A stretch of 64,000 bases of DNA, from assembly GCA_963753975.1 (NCBI GenBank), contig CAVWEH010000002.1, positions 192,001-256,000 on the forward strand. Direction: 5' to 3'. The notes below the pieces were generated by a model, which did not search any database, was not told the DNA's origin, and saw nothing but the letters and a program-made list of their open reading frames with translations. The DNA is from an uncultured delta proteobacterium (GTDB taxonomy: Bacteria; Desulfobacterota; Syntrophia; Syntrophales; Smithellaceae). Below, piece after piece: positions 1-8,446 of this stretch; position 1 is the first letter of the stretch; each line of letters opens with the position of its first letter. Made by a program: the position numbers and the translations under genes.

Positions 1-15
1 CGAAAAAGTGTAATT

Positions 16-3000
16 ATGAAACACTCTGATTTTGTTCACCTTCATGTTCATACTCAATACAGTCTTCTGGACGGAATGATTCGCCTCGAAGATCTTTTCA
101 AAAAAGCCCGCGAATACAAGATGCCGGCTATCGCTATCACCGACCATGGCAATATGTTCGGGGCTATTGATTTTTACCAGCAGGCCTACAAGCAGGGAGT
201 AAAGCCGATAATCGGCTGTGAATTATATGTAGCGCCGCGCAGCCGTTTGGATAAAACCTATTCTATCGGCGAGACAGCCTGGCATTTAATTGTTCTGGTA
301 AAGAACATGCAGGGATATAAAAATCTGATGAAACTCACATCGGCGGGTTACCTGGAAGGCTTTTATTACCGGCCGAGAGTAGATAAAGAGATACTGAAAG
401 ATTGCCATGAAGGTCTTATCGCTTTTAGCGCCTGTCTGCATGGTGAAATCAACAATTTAATCCTTAAAGGCAAGATGGAAGAAGCTAAAGAAGCGGCGCG
501 TTCCTACCAGGCAATTTTTGATGAAGACAATTTCTTTTTGGAACTTATGGAAAACGGTATTCCGGAACAAAAAATTGTCAATAAAGCCTTGATGGAAATC
601 AGTAAAGATCTTTCCATTCCGCTTGTAGCGTCTAATGACTGCCATTACTTAAATCGCGAACATTCCGAGGCTCATGATGTTTTGCTCTGCATTCAAACCG
701 GGAAGACCATAGAAGATCACGATCGTATGCGCTTAGGCACAGATCAATTTTATTTTCGTTCACCCGAAGAAATGAGTGAGCTTTTTTCCCAGGTACCCGA
801 AGCTTTATCCAATACGGTGAGTGTTGCCGAAAGATGTAATCTTTCTCTGGAATTCGGGAAGTTTTATCTGCCGAATTTTGAGATTAAAAATCCGGACGAA
901 ACTTTAAATGATTATCTGGAGCGCAAGGCAAGGGAAGGGCTCCAAAAGCTCCTGCCGGATATTCTGAAAGACCACAAAGAAAGTGAACCGGAAATCAGGG
1001 AAAAATATGAAAAACGTTTGCGCGATGAGTTGGAAATAATCAAGACAATGGGGTTTGCCGGCTATTTTCTGATTGTTTCCGATTTTGTCAAACACGCCAA
1101 GCACAATGATATTCCTGTAGGTCCGGGACGCGGCTCCGCGGCAGGCAGTCTTGTGGCGTATGCTTTAAAAATTACCACTATCGATCCCATCCGTTATGCG
1201 TTGTTTTTCGAACGATTTTTAAATCCGAACCGTATCAGCATGCCCGATATCGATATCGATTTTTGCCAGGAGGGCAGGGATGAGATTATCAAATACGTGA
1301 CCGAGAAATACGGCAAGGATAAAGTTTCCCAAATCATCACCTTTGGCAAAATGCAGGCGAAAGCGGTTATTCGCGATGTGGGCCGTGCCCTCAATATTCC
1401 CTATAGTGAAGTGGATAAGATTGCCAAACTCGTTCCTAATGTTTTGAATATTACTCTGGACGAGGCAATAAAAGCGGAACCAAGGCTCCAGCAGGAGGCC
1501 AAAAATAATCCGCAAGTGGCCAAACTTTTATCTCTATCCAGAATTCTCGAAGGGTTAAACCGCCACGCCTCCATTCATGCCGCCGGAGTTGTTATATCCG
1601 ATGTTCCACTGGTGGAAAGAGTTCCTCTTTGCATGCCCAAGGATGAGATTGTATCTCAATATTCCATGAACGACATTCAAACCGTCGGTATGACCAAATT
1701 CGATTTCCTGGGCCTGAAGACATTGACTGCCATAAAGAATGCGGTTAAATTCGTCAAAGCATCACATAATATCGATTTGGAAATTGATAACTTACCGCTT
1801 AATGATAAACAAACATACGAGCTCCTAATGAGAGGCGATACGGACGGAATCTTCCAGCTGGAAAGCGACGGCATGAAAGATATTATGAAGAATTTGAAGC
1901 CGGACCGTATCGAGGATGTCATAGCTCTAATCGCTTTATATCGTCCCGGCCCCATGAAAATGGTTCCGGAATATATATCCCGCAAGCAGGGGAAAACAAA
2001 GATCAGCTACGACCTTCCCGAACTGGAGCCGATACTCAAAGAAACGTACGGGATCATCGTCTATCAGGAACAGGTTATGCAAATTGCCGGTGCGCTCGCT
2101 AATTACAGCATGGCCGAAGCAGATATTTTACGTAAGGTTATGGGCAAAAAGAAATCCGCAGAGATGGATAAGGAAAAACCCAAATTTCTGGAAGGCACGA
2201 AAAAACATAAAATCAATGAAAACAAAGCGAGAAAGATATGGGAGCAGATGCAAGACTTTGCCGAATATGGGTTTAATAAGTCGCACAGCACCGCTTATGC
2301 CATGATTTCTTACCAAACGGCATATTTGAAAGCCCATTATCCAGTTGCCTTTATGGCGGCACTTTTGACCAGTGAAAAAGATAATCGCGACAAAATAATA
2401 AGGCATATGAGTTCCTGCAAAGAAATGGGTATTAATATTCTTCCTCCGGATATAAATGAATCATTTAAAGACTTTAGCATATCAGGGGAAAATATCCGTT
2501 TCGGTCTCGCTGCCGTTAAAAATGTCGGCTATACCGCTATTGATTCCATTATTTCCGCCCGGGAAAAAAGCAAATTTTCATCATTTATGGATTTTTTAAT
2601 CCGTACGGATTTGCGCAAGACAAATAAAAGAGTTATCGAAAGTTTAATCAAATGTGGCGCTTTCGATTCTTTGGGCTTCAAAAGACGTCAACTCATCCAA
2701 CATTACGAGGAGGCAATGGACGAAGCTCAGCGCCGGCAAAAAGAAACTCAAAGCTCACAGGCGAGTTTTTTTGACCAGTTTGATTCCGACTCCTCCGCAA
2801 AAAATGGCCTGAAAGCATATGAAATACCCGATATTTCCGAATGGGATCAAAAGGAACTCTTAGCTGTCGAAAAGGAAGCTTTGGGCTTTTATATTTCCGG
2901 CCATCCCTTACTGCGGTTTGCGGATCGTCTCAAATTGGTTACCAACAGTGATTCCAGCAGCTTAGACACAAAAAAAGACAAGGATACCGTTACCATTGCC

Positions 3001-3477
3001 GGAGTAATCAGTAGTATGACCGAAAAGCAAACCCGGAGAAAAGATACAATGTGTAATGTTACCCTGGAGGATTTACAAGGTTCCGTAAACATTATATTTT
3101 GGGCGGATACCTATAAAAAATATTACTCCGTTCTGCATGAAGATGAGCCCGTTGTTATTCAGGGAATTGTTGATGTCGGAGATGAATCGCTAAAAATCAT
3201 TGCGCAGGAGGCGATAACGCTTTCCAAAGCACTGGAAAACCCTTACAAACAAGTGCGCTTCATGGTTAACGCCGATAGAATTTCTTCGGAGACTATTATT
3301 TCCCTGAATGAAACAATAAAAAAATATCATGGTAAATATGACGGTTACCTTCATATTATTAATGGAAAAAGTGAAACCGTCATATATTTAGGAGATGAAA
3401 TGCGCGTGGATATTAGCGAGAAGTTGAAAAAAGAGGCGGACAGCATTCTGGGGGAGGGTGCCACCGTATATTCCTAA
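16..3477 (+). CDS. dnaE: DNA polymerase III alpha subunit
   Basis: PHP domain (HLHVHTQYSLLDG), GRGSAAGS, SMPDIDIDF and YGFNKSHS motifs, C-terminal OB fold; 1153 aa with no intein-sized insertion. Confidence 0.98.
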   Translation: MKHSDFVHLHVHTQYSLLDGMIRLEDLFKKAREYKMPAIAITDHGNMFGAIDFYQQAYKQGVKPIIGCELYVAPRSRLDKTYSIGETAWHLIVLVKNMQGYKNLMKLTSAGYLEGFYYRPRVDKEILKDCHEGLIAFSACLHGEINNLILKGKMEEAKEAARSYQAIFDEDNFFLELMENGIPEQKIVNKALMEISKDLSIPLVASNDCHYLNREHSEAHDVLLCIQTGKTIEDHDRMRLGTDQFYFRSPEEMSELFSQVPEALSNTVSVAERCNLSLEFGKFYLPNFEIKNPDETLNDYLERKAREGLQKLLPDILKDHKESEPEIREKYEKRLRDELEIIKTMGFAGYFLIVSDFVKHAKHNDIPVGPGRGSAAGSLVAYALKITTIDPIRYALFFERFLNPNRISMPDIDIDFCQEGRDEIIKYVTEKYGKDKVSQIITFGKMQAKAVIRDVGRALNIPYSEVDKIAKLVPNVLNITLDEAIKAEPRLQQEAKNNPQVAKLLSLSRILEGLNRHASIHAAGVVISDVPLVERVPLCMPKDEIVSQYSMNDIQTVGMTKFDFLGLKTLTAIKNAVKFVKASHNIDLEIDNLPLNDKQTYELLMRGDTDGIFQLESDGMKDIMKNLKPDRIEDVIALIALYRPGPMKMVPEYISRKQGKTKISYDLPELEPILKETYGIIVYQEQVMQIAGALANYSMAEADILRKVMGKKKSAEMDKEKPKFLEGTKKHKINENKARKIWEQMQDFAEYGFNKSHSTAYAMISYQTAYLKAHYPVAFMAALLTSEKDNRDKIIRHMSSCKEMGINILPPDINESFKDFSISGENIRFGLAAVKNVGYTAIDSIISAREKSKFSSFMDFLIRTDLRKTNKRVIESLIKCGAFDSLGFKRRQLIQHYEEAMDEAQRRQKETQSSQASFFDQFDSDSSAKNGLKAYEIPDISEWDQKELLAVEKEALGFYISGHPLLRFADRLKLVTNSDSSSLDTKKDKDTVTIAGVISSMTEKQTRRKDTMCNVTLEDLQGSVNIIFWADTYKKYYSVLHEDEPVVIQGIVDVGDESLKIIAQEAITLSKALENPYKQVRFMVNADRISSETIISLNETIKKYHGKYDGYLHIINGKSETVIYLGDEMRVDISEKLKKEADSILGEGATVYS

Positions 3478-3666
3478 TATCATTTTCTATTTCGGCTAAC
3501 TTTGTTGGCTTCGTCGTCGACTTCTTCAGCATATTAGTAATATGCCTCGTCGTATCCTCCTTGCCCCGCTGTTGAGGGACAGTTCAACTAACGATTTCCA
3601 GTTCACTGCGTTCCTGGGAATCGAGTTTCACTGCCGCCGCGTTATCCTTTGAATAAAATGATATTA
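3475..3666. repeat. MITE-like palindromic element (family A) carrying a nested family-B hairpin
   Basis: Ends TAATATCATTTT / AAAATGATATTA are inverted. The interior GGCTAACTTTGTTGGCT..CGTCGTCG..CCTCCTTGCC..CGTTATCCTTTGAA matches 30009-30131. An insert at about 3564-3632 (GTTCAACTAA...GAGTTTCACT) matches 55320-55394. Confidence 0.75.
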
Positions 3667-3740
3667 AAAAAGAATGCAAATTTAGTAAAAAAGATCATAC
3701 ACTGAACCAATTTTATTGAGTATTTTATAAGTTGGCTTCC

Positions 3741-4460
3741 ATGAAATATGAAGAAAGAACTTATAGAAATTTAATCTCCAAAGACAATCTAAAATCATAC
3801 AATGTCGCTATCGCCGAAAGCGATCTTTTCATAAGTTCGGATAGTGATCTTTCGTTGCAAGCAAAAAAATCCTTACTTCATCATCGTTCATTATTAGAAA
3901 ATTATATTAAAAAACATCCTCTATTTTTGACATCTCTGCTGCCGTTGCCCACAGATAATCTAGCCCCGCCTATTGTAAGGGATATGTTAATTAATTCCAA
4001 TATTTGCGGGGTAGGGCCGATGGCTGCAGTTGCCGGAGCAATTGCTCAATTTGTGGGCAAAGATCTTATTGCTTTAGCAGAAACGCTAATAATCGAAAAT
4101 GGGGGGGATATATTTCTTAAAGCCAAAGATAGATTAACTGTTTCCGTGTATGCCGGAGAATCGCCCTTAAGTTATAAAGTAAATTTTGACGTAAAACCTG
4201 AAAAAAGTCCTTTGGGTATTTGTACTTCGTCGGGGACAGTCGGACCATCTTTGAGCTTCGGGAAAGCTAATGCAGTTTGTGTAATTTCCCCATCAGCGTC
4301 ATTGGCCGATGCGGCCGCTTCGGCTATCGGCAATAAAGTCAAAAGTAAAAGCGATATAAAAAAAGCGCTAGCTTTTGGGATAAAAATTGAAGGCGTTAAC
4401 GGGGTAATAATTATTTACGGAAGCGAAATGGGAGCAATAGGAGAGGTTGAATTTGTCTGA
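3741..4460 (+). CDS. UPF0280 / ApbE-superfamily protein
   Basis: GVGPMAAVAGAIA, IIENGGDIF, GICTSSGTVGPSLSFGKA motifs; ATG at 3741 preferred over TTG at 3732. Confidence 0.88.
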   Translation: MKYEERTYRNLISKDNLKSYNVAIAESDLFISSDSDLSLQAKKSLLHHRSLLENYIKKHPLFLTSLLPLPTDNLAPPIVRDMLINSNICGVGPMAAVAGAIAQFVGKDLIALAETLIIENGGDIFLKAKDRLTVSVYAGESPLSYKVNFDVKPEKSPLGICTSSGTVGPSLSFGKANAVCVISPSASLADAAASAIGNKVKSKSDIKKALAFGIKIEGVNGVIIIYGSEMGAIGEVEFV

Positions 4461-4805
4461 ATGTTCGTTCTGCTGGTTCTATCATTTTACCTGTCGAAAA
4501 GGGGCCTGTCTATCGTATTCAGCGAAAAGAGGGAGAATGCTCTTGTAATCAAGAAAAGTGTTTTCAATGTCGTTAGACATCCAATATACTTAAGCGAGAT
4601 TCTGCTTTATCTCGGCCTTCTGATGCTGAGTATCTCATTGGCTGCTGCAATGGTGTGGGTTATTGCGGTCGTGTTTTTGCATTACATCTCGCATTATGAA
4701 GAAAAGCTGCTGCTTGTCCGGTTTGGCCCGGAGTATGAACAATATATGCGCGAAGTGCCAATGTGGATCCCGCGATTTTGGAGGTGGAGTTCGTTTAAAA
4801 GATGA
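4461..4805 (+). CDS. Isoprenylcysteine carboxyl methyltransferase / PEMT-family membrane protein, probably N-terminally truncated
   Basis: VRHPIY, EE..L..RFG.EY..Y...VP.WIP motifs; starts directly after the upstream stop codon. Confidence 0.75.
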   Translation: MFVLLVLSFYLSKRGLSIVFSEKRENALVIKKSVFNVVRHPIYLSEILLYLGLLMLSISLAAAMVWVIAVVFLHYISHYEEKLLLVRFGPEYEQYMREVPMWIPRFWRWSSFKR

Positions 4806-5232
4806 AATACTCAATTCGACAAATGTCTATCCGTGATTATGAAGCCGTGGTTTCCTTATGGCGTGGAATCTCGGGTATCGGACTGGATGATGACAGCGAT
4901 TCCCGGCCGGCATCGCCCGCTACCTGAAACGTAATCCCGGGCTCAGTTTCGTGGCGCAGGTTCAAGACATGATCGTCGGGACTATTCTTTCCGGTCATGA
5001 CGGCAGACGCGGGTATCTCCATCACCTCGCCGTTGCTGCAACACACCGCAAGCTGGGCATTGGTAAAACACTGACTTTTAGATGTCTTCGAGCTCTGGGC
5101 AAACAAGGCATCCCGAAGTGCAACATTTTCCTGTTGCGCAGCAATTTCAGAGGCAGGTCTTTCTGGAAGCACAATGGCTGGAATCTTCGCCAAGACCTGA
5201 GTGTGCTCCAGAAGAAGACGAAGGATTTCTAA
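4802..5232 (+). pseudogene. GNAT acetyltransferase (YpeA-like), frameshifted near 4905
   Basis: MKYSIRQMSIRDYEAVVSLW... continues in another frame as GIARYLKRNPGLSFVAQ...GHDGRRGYLHHLAV...RKLGIG; could be a sequencing error. Confidence 0.8.
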
Positions 5233-5288
5233 CCAGCCGGTGGACTTTATGGGCGACAAGCGTCGAAAAGTCACCGGCACTGTTCAAA
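5227..5288 (+). other. attC recombination site of the GNAT cassette
   Basis: TTCTAAC (overlaps the stop codon)-CAGCC-GGTGGACT ... AGTCACC-GGCACT-GTTCAAA; the L boxes pair perfectly apart from one extra G; 62 bp. Confidence 0.75.
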
Positions 5289-5315
5289 TCGAAAAAGAGA
5301 AAGGGGAAGAGACAC

Positions 5316-5576
5316 ATGAAACTCAATATTAAAGCATTCGCATTGACTTGCGGCATTCTCTGGGGACTGGGACTATTTTTCCTAACCTGGTGGATCATCG
5401 CGTTTGAAGGGCCAAGCGTGGTTCCTACACTTATCGGCAGACTCTACCGAGGCTATACGATTACTCCTGTCGGCAGTGCAATAGGGTTGATCTGGGCGTT
5501 TTTTGATGGCCTGGTTGGAGGCGCCATATTTGCCTGGCTCTACAACAAAATAATGGATTTTGTAGGCTCCAAGTAG
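5316..5576 (+). CDS. Small two-TM membrane protein (holin-like annotated family)
   Basis: MKLNIKAFALTCGILWG...GY..T..GS.IGLIWAFFDG; 86 aa; purine-rich RBS. The longer 5082 start overlaps the GNAT gene and is unlikely. Confidence 0.7.
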   Translation: MKLNIKAFALTCGILWGLGLFFLTWWIIAFEGPSVVPTLIGRLYRGYTITPVGSAIGLIWAFFDGLVGGAIFAWLYNKIMDFVGSK

Positions 5577-5594
5577 GTACGAGAAAGCTAGATA

Positions 5595-5906
5595 ATGAGA
5601 ATTGACTGTTATTTGTCTCCGGAATGTGCTTCCGAAGAGGCTTTGCGGAAAAATATCACGCGCGCATTGGCCACCGAAAAGATCGAGGCGGAGCTGAGTG
5701 TTTACAGAATAGATAACGAAAAAGCTATTGCTCTGGGCGTAACAGGGTCGCCTTCAGTCTTCATCAACGGAAAGGAGTTGCAGCCACAGGGATTAGTCGG
5801 GTTTTCCTGAAGGATGTTCAGCGACGAGTCTGGAAGACTCACCAATATACCCACAGTGGAAACAATTCGATCGGCAATTAGAGAACACAACGTCTCCGCA
5901 AAATAA
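5595..5906 (+). CDS. Thioredoxin-fold selenoprotein (Sec at UGA 5808-5810)
   Basis: GSPSVFING thioredoxin-like motif, then GFS-UGA-RMF; the frame stays open for 31 codons to TAA at 5904-5906; downstream hairpin. Confidence 0.75.
5826..5840 (+). promoter_or_regulatory. Putative bacterial SECIS apical hairpin
   Basis: GAGTCT-GGA-AGACTC starting 16 nt after the UGA, with G in the loop. Confidence 0.6.
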
Positions 5907-5959
5907 TAATTATTTATGGAAGTGAAGCGGGAGCGATAGGGGAAGTTGAGTTGGTTTAA
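5904..5959 (+). repeat. Diverged direct copy of the 3' end of the UPF0280 gene (4405-4460)
   Basis: 45/56 nt identical by manual alignment; reads IIYGSEAGAIGEVELV* versus IIYGSEMGAIGEVEFV*. Confidence 0.8.
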
Positions 5960-6138
5960 TTTGTTCGAAATCGTGATAAGTGTATTATCATTCGCATCTA
6001 AGCTGCTGCTTGAAAAAATTAAATCAATATAGTAAAATAACAAAAAAAGATTATACGAATATTGATAAAGAAAAAGCTAGTGTAAATGAATTCGTACTTC
6101 TTAACATCATGATTTTATATAGAAAAATTTAATTGTTT

Positions 6139-6697
6139 ATGCTTTTATTCAAGACGACATACAAACATTAAGGGCAAGGTATTTGCGCTGCTGCTCATAA
6201 TTCTATTAGCCCTTGCATCGCTTACCGGCTATCTGTATCTTACTAATAAAATTACTGTCGGGGAAAGGCAGATAGTTGCTGGCCAAAGACAACTCAAAAA
6301 AGGTCAGCTCATGCTCAAACAGGGAAAAACCAAACTGAAATTAGGCAAGGAAGAATTGTCACAAGGTAAGAAAGAATATGAGAAAAGTAAAGGCAATGTA
6401 TTCCTGGTAATGACGGATAAACTACTGAAAGACGGAAAAGGTTTCCAGCAAGGTAAAACGCGGATCGCTGAAGGACAAAGGCAGGTTGCCAAAGGAGAGC
6501 GCATGATCTACTTTGCGGAAATGCAACTTGCTGAAGGCAAGCTGGAACTGCGCCAAGGAATGGGACGGTTGAGATTGGCCAAGGGCATATGCTTTGTCTG
6601 TGCAATTGGCGTGGTTTTTTTCATCTCTCTATCGCTTCTTCTCTGGTTGTCTTGTACCAGATCACTGGTTCAAATCTTCTTGCATTCTGATGCTTAA
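6139..6697 (+). CDS. Membrane-anchored coiled-coil hypothetical protein; start uncertain
   Basis: The frame is open upstream of 6311 and encodes a TM segment (VFALLLIILLALASLTGYLYL), heptad G-x-x-x-L repeats and a C-terminal TM. The ATG at 6139 is out of frame by one base in a T run. Confidence 0.55.
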
Positions 6698-6749
6698 CTG
6701 GTGCTTCCGAAGATACCGTATATCTTCAGGGGATCTTCACTCGTTCTGT
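6692..6749 (+). other. Possible degenerate attC site
   Basis: GCTTAAC overlapping the stop codon, central GAAGATA/TATCTTC hairpin, ends GTTCTGT; 58 bp; L boxes are weak. Confidence 0.4.
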
Positions 6750-6823
6750 TATACAAAGAACCACATTCTTATTATCATTCTCGACTTGACGCGTAGAGCT
6801 TCAATTGTTTCAGCAAAAAAATA

Positions 6824-6851
6824 TTGACAAAGCGGGGAAGGGGGATACTAT
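6824..6851 (+). promoter_or_regulatory. Putative sigma70 promoter upstream of the patatin remnant / DUF5343-HEPN genes
   Basis: TTGACA-N16-TACTAT. Confidence 0.5.
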
Positions 6852-6939
6852 GCGGACATCTATAAAATTCTACTGTCAATACGTGGCAATAGAATCAAGA
6901 ATAAGATAATATATCCTCCAAGCGCTAAGTTGGACGACT

Positions 6940-7074
6940 ATGACGACTGATAATTCACATATACAGAATTCGGCAGAGGATCGATTCCAAATACTCTCGC
7001 TCGATGACGGAGGAATCAAAGGCCTGTTCTCTGCCGCCGTAATAAAAGATGTACAAGTAAACATTATTAAGTGA
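6940..7074 (+). pseudogene. 5' remnant of a patatin-like phospholipase (CapV-like N-terminus)
   Basis: 44-aa ORF with DRFQILSLDDGGIKGLFSAAVI, the patatin LSLDGGGxKG glycine loop with one G-to-D change; the rest of the gene is absent. Confidence 0.7.
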
Positions 7075-7106
7075 CAGTTTTAAACAATAAAGAGAGGAGT
7101 ATAAGT

Positions 7107-7715
7107 ATGGCGGCAGAACTTCCGTATCTAGCTTCTTACAAAAATGTTTCTGTACTATTTGAAAAAATATTGACGGCAAAGCAACCAGACGCATTCACCT
7201 TGAAATTTCTCTATGAAACGATTGGGTTAAAATCTATCCCAGACCGTCAATTAATTTCCCTTTTGAAAACGCTTGGTTTTTTGGATCCGTCTGGACGCCC
7301 AACCCAATCTTATGCTAAGTTAAAAAATAATAGTGAGGCTCCTTTCGCAATAGCAGCGGCAGTTCACAAAGCATACGAACCTCTCTTTGCGGCAAACGAA
7401 AATGCTAACGAGCTTTCTGGAGATGCCCTAAAAGGATTGGTCGCACAAGTCGCAGGAACTGACGCAGGCATTACTGCGAAAATTACAGGCACATTCAATG
7501 CGCTCGTTAAAAATAGCAATTTTTCTAGACCACCGGCCAGTTTGTCATCAGCGGAGAAAAACAAGAAGGAAAAAGAAAAAAGTGGAATTCAAGAATTAGA
7601 TAAAGGTTCTTTTAGACCGGAGTTTCATTATAACATTCAAATTCATCTTCCATCAAATGGAACTGAGGAAACTTATTTAAATATCTTTAATGCTGTACGA
7701 AAGGTTTTTAAATGA
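7107..7715 (+). CDS. DUF5343-like protein
   Basis: LPY...KI..A..PD.FT..FL, LK.LGFLD.SG.PT..Y and C-terminal HYNIQIHLP pattern recalled for DUF5343; GAGGAG RBS before ATG 7107. Confidence 0.65.
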   Translation: MAAELPYLASYKNVSVLFEKILTAKQPDAFTLKFLYETIGLKSIPDRQLISLLKTLGFLDPSGRPTQSYAKLKNNSEAPFAIAAAVHKAYEPLFAANENANELSGDALKGLVAQVAGTDAGITAKITGTFNALVKNSNFSRPPASLSSAEKNKKEKEKSGIQELDKGSFRPEFHYNIQIHLPSNGTEETYLNIFNAVRKVFK

Positions 7716-8278
7716 TTAACGATGAACGCCTTGCCCTTTTTTTAATGTTAGGCCAATCTGGGCAACGAACACTCGATGAAATGCCCGAGATTGCTCCGCC
7801 TGAATCACTTTTGCTTTCTGATTCTTACGATCTTGCGACACTTCTTCCATCAAGTGTGCGAAGAGCTATAAATGCCGCCGAAACTTATAAACTTCTGTTT
7901 GTTTTTGAGGAATACCTTCGTGATTTTGTCATTGGTGTATTGACCAGCGATACTTCATCGGAGTGGTGGGCTAAAGTTCCAGAGGATGTTCAACAAGAAG
8001 TCACAAAACTTGAGGAAACAGAAGAAGCAAAAAGTTGGATGGCGCTCAGTTCACGAGGTAAAGCTGCTTTAATGACATATCCTCAGCTTTTGAGAACTAT
8101 TGATCATCGGTGGAAGGAAGACTTTGAAGAGATCATTCGGGACAAATCTCTCATTCAAGAAACAAGATTAATTTCTCATTTACGCAATACTATTTGCCAC
8201 ATGACTGTGATATCAGAAGAGGAAATGAATCGAATCCGTCAGACAATTCGTGATTGGTTTCGTGTAATAGCCCCATAA
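7712..8278 (+). CDS. Swt1-like HEPN domain protein (putative RNase)
   Basis: Y.LLFVFE..LR.FV, WW..VP and the RxxxxH motif (RNTICH); ATGA overlap with the upstream gene. Confidence 0.7.
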   Translation: MINDERLALFLMLGQSGQRTLDEMPEIAPPESLLLSDSYDLATLLPSSVRRAINAAETYKLLFVFEEYLRDFVIGVLTSDTSSEWWAKVPEDVQQEVTKLEETEEAKSWMALSSRGKAALMTYPQLLRTIDHRWKEDFEEIIRDKSLIQETRLISHLRNTICHMTVISEEEMNRIRQTIRDWFRVIAP

Positions 8279-8446
8279 AGAAAATTGCCAAGCAATGATC
8301 GGGTGCGTTTTAGTGGCGCGAATTGATATTTGAACACATCATGTTTACATAACATATCTTATAAGACATAGCCATTTTAAGGCCAAAGTCATTAAAGCAA
8401 CTAATTCTATTGCACTTTTGAGTAAATCTCGGTTGTCGTGATGGTT

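Noticed and set aside
16..3477. Intein in, or split of, DnaE
   Set aside because: Length and motif spacing are normal; no splicing motifs or homing-endonuclease insertion seen
5316..5576. Prophage inferred from the holin-like gene
   Set aside because: No endolysin, structural, terminase or integrase genes nearby
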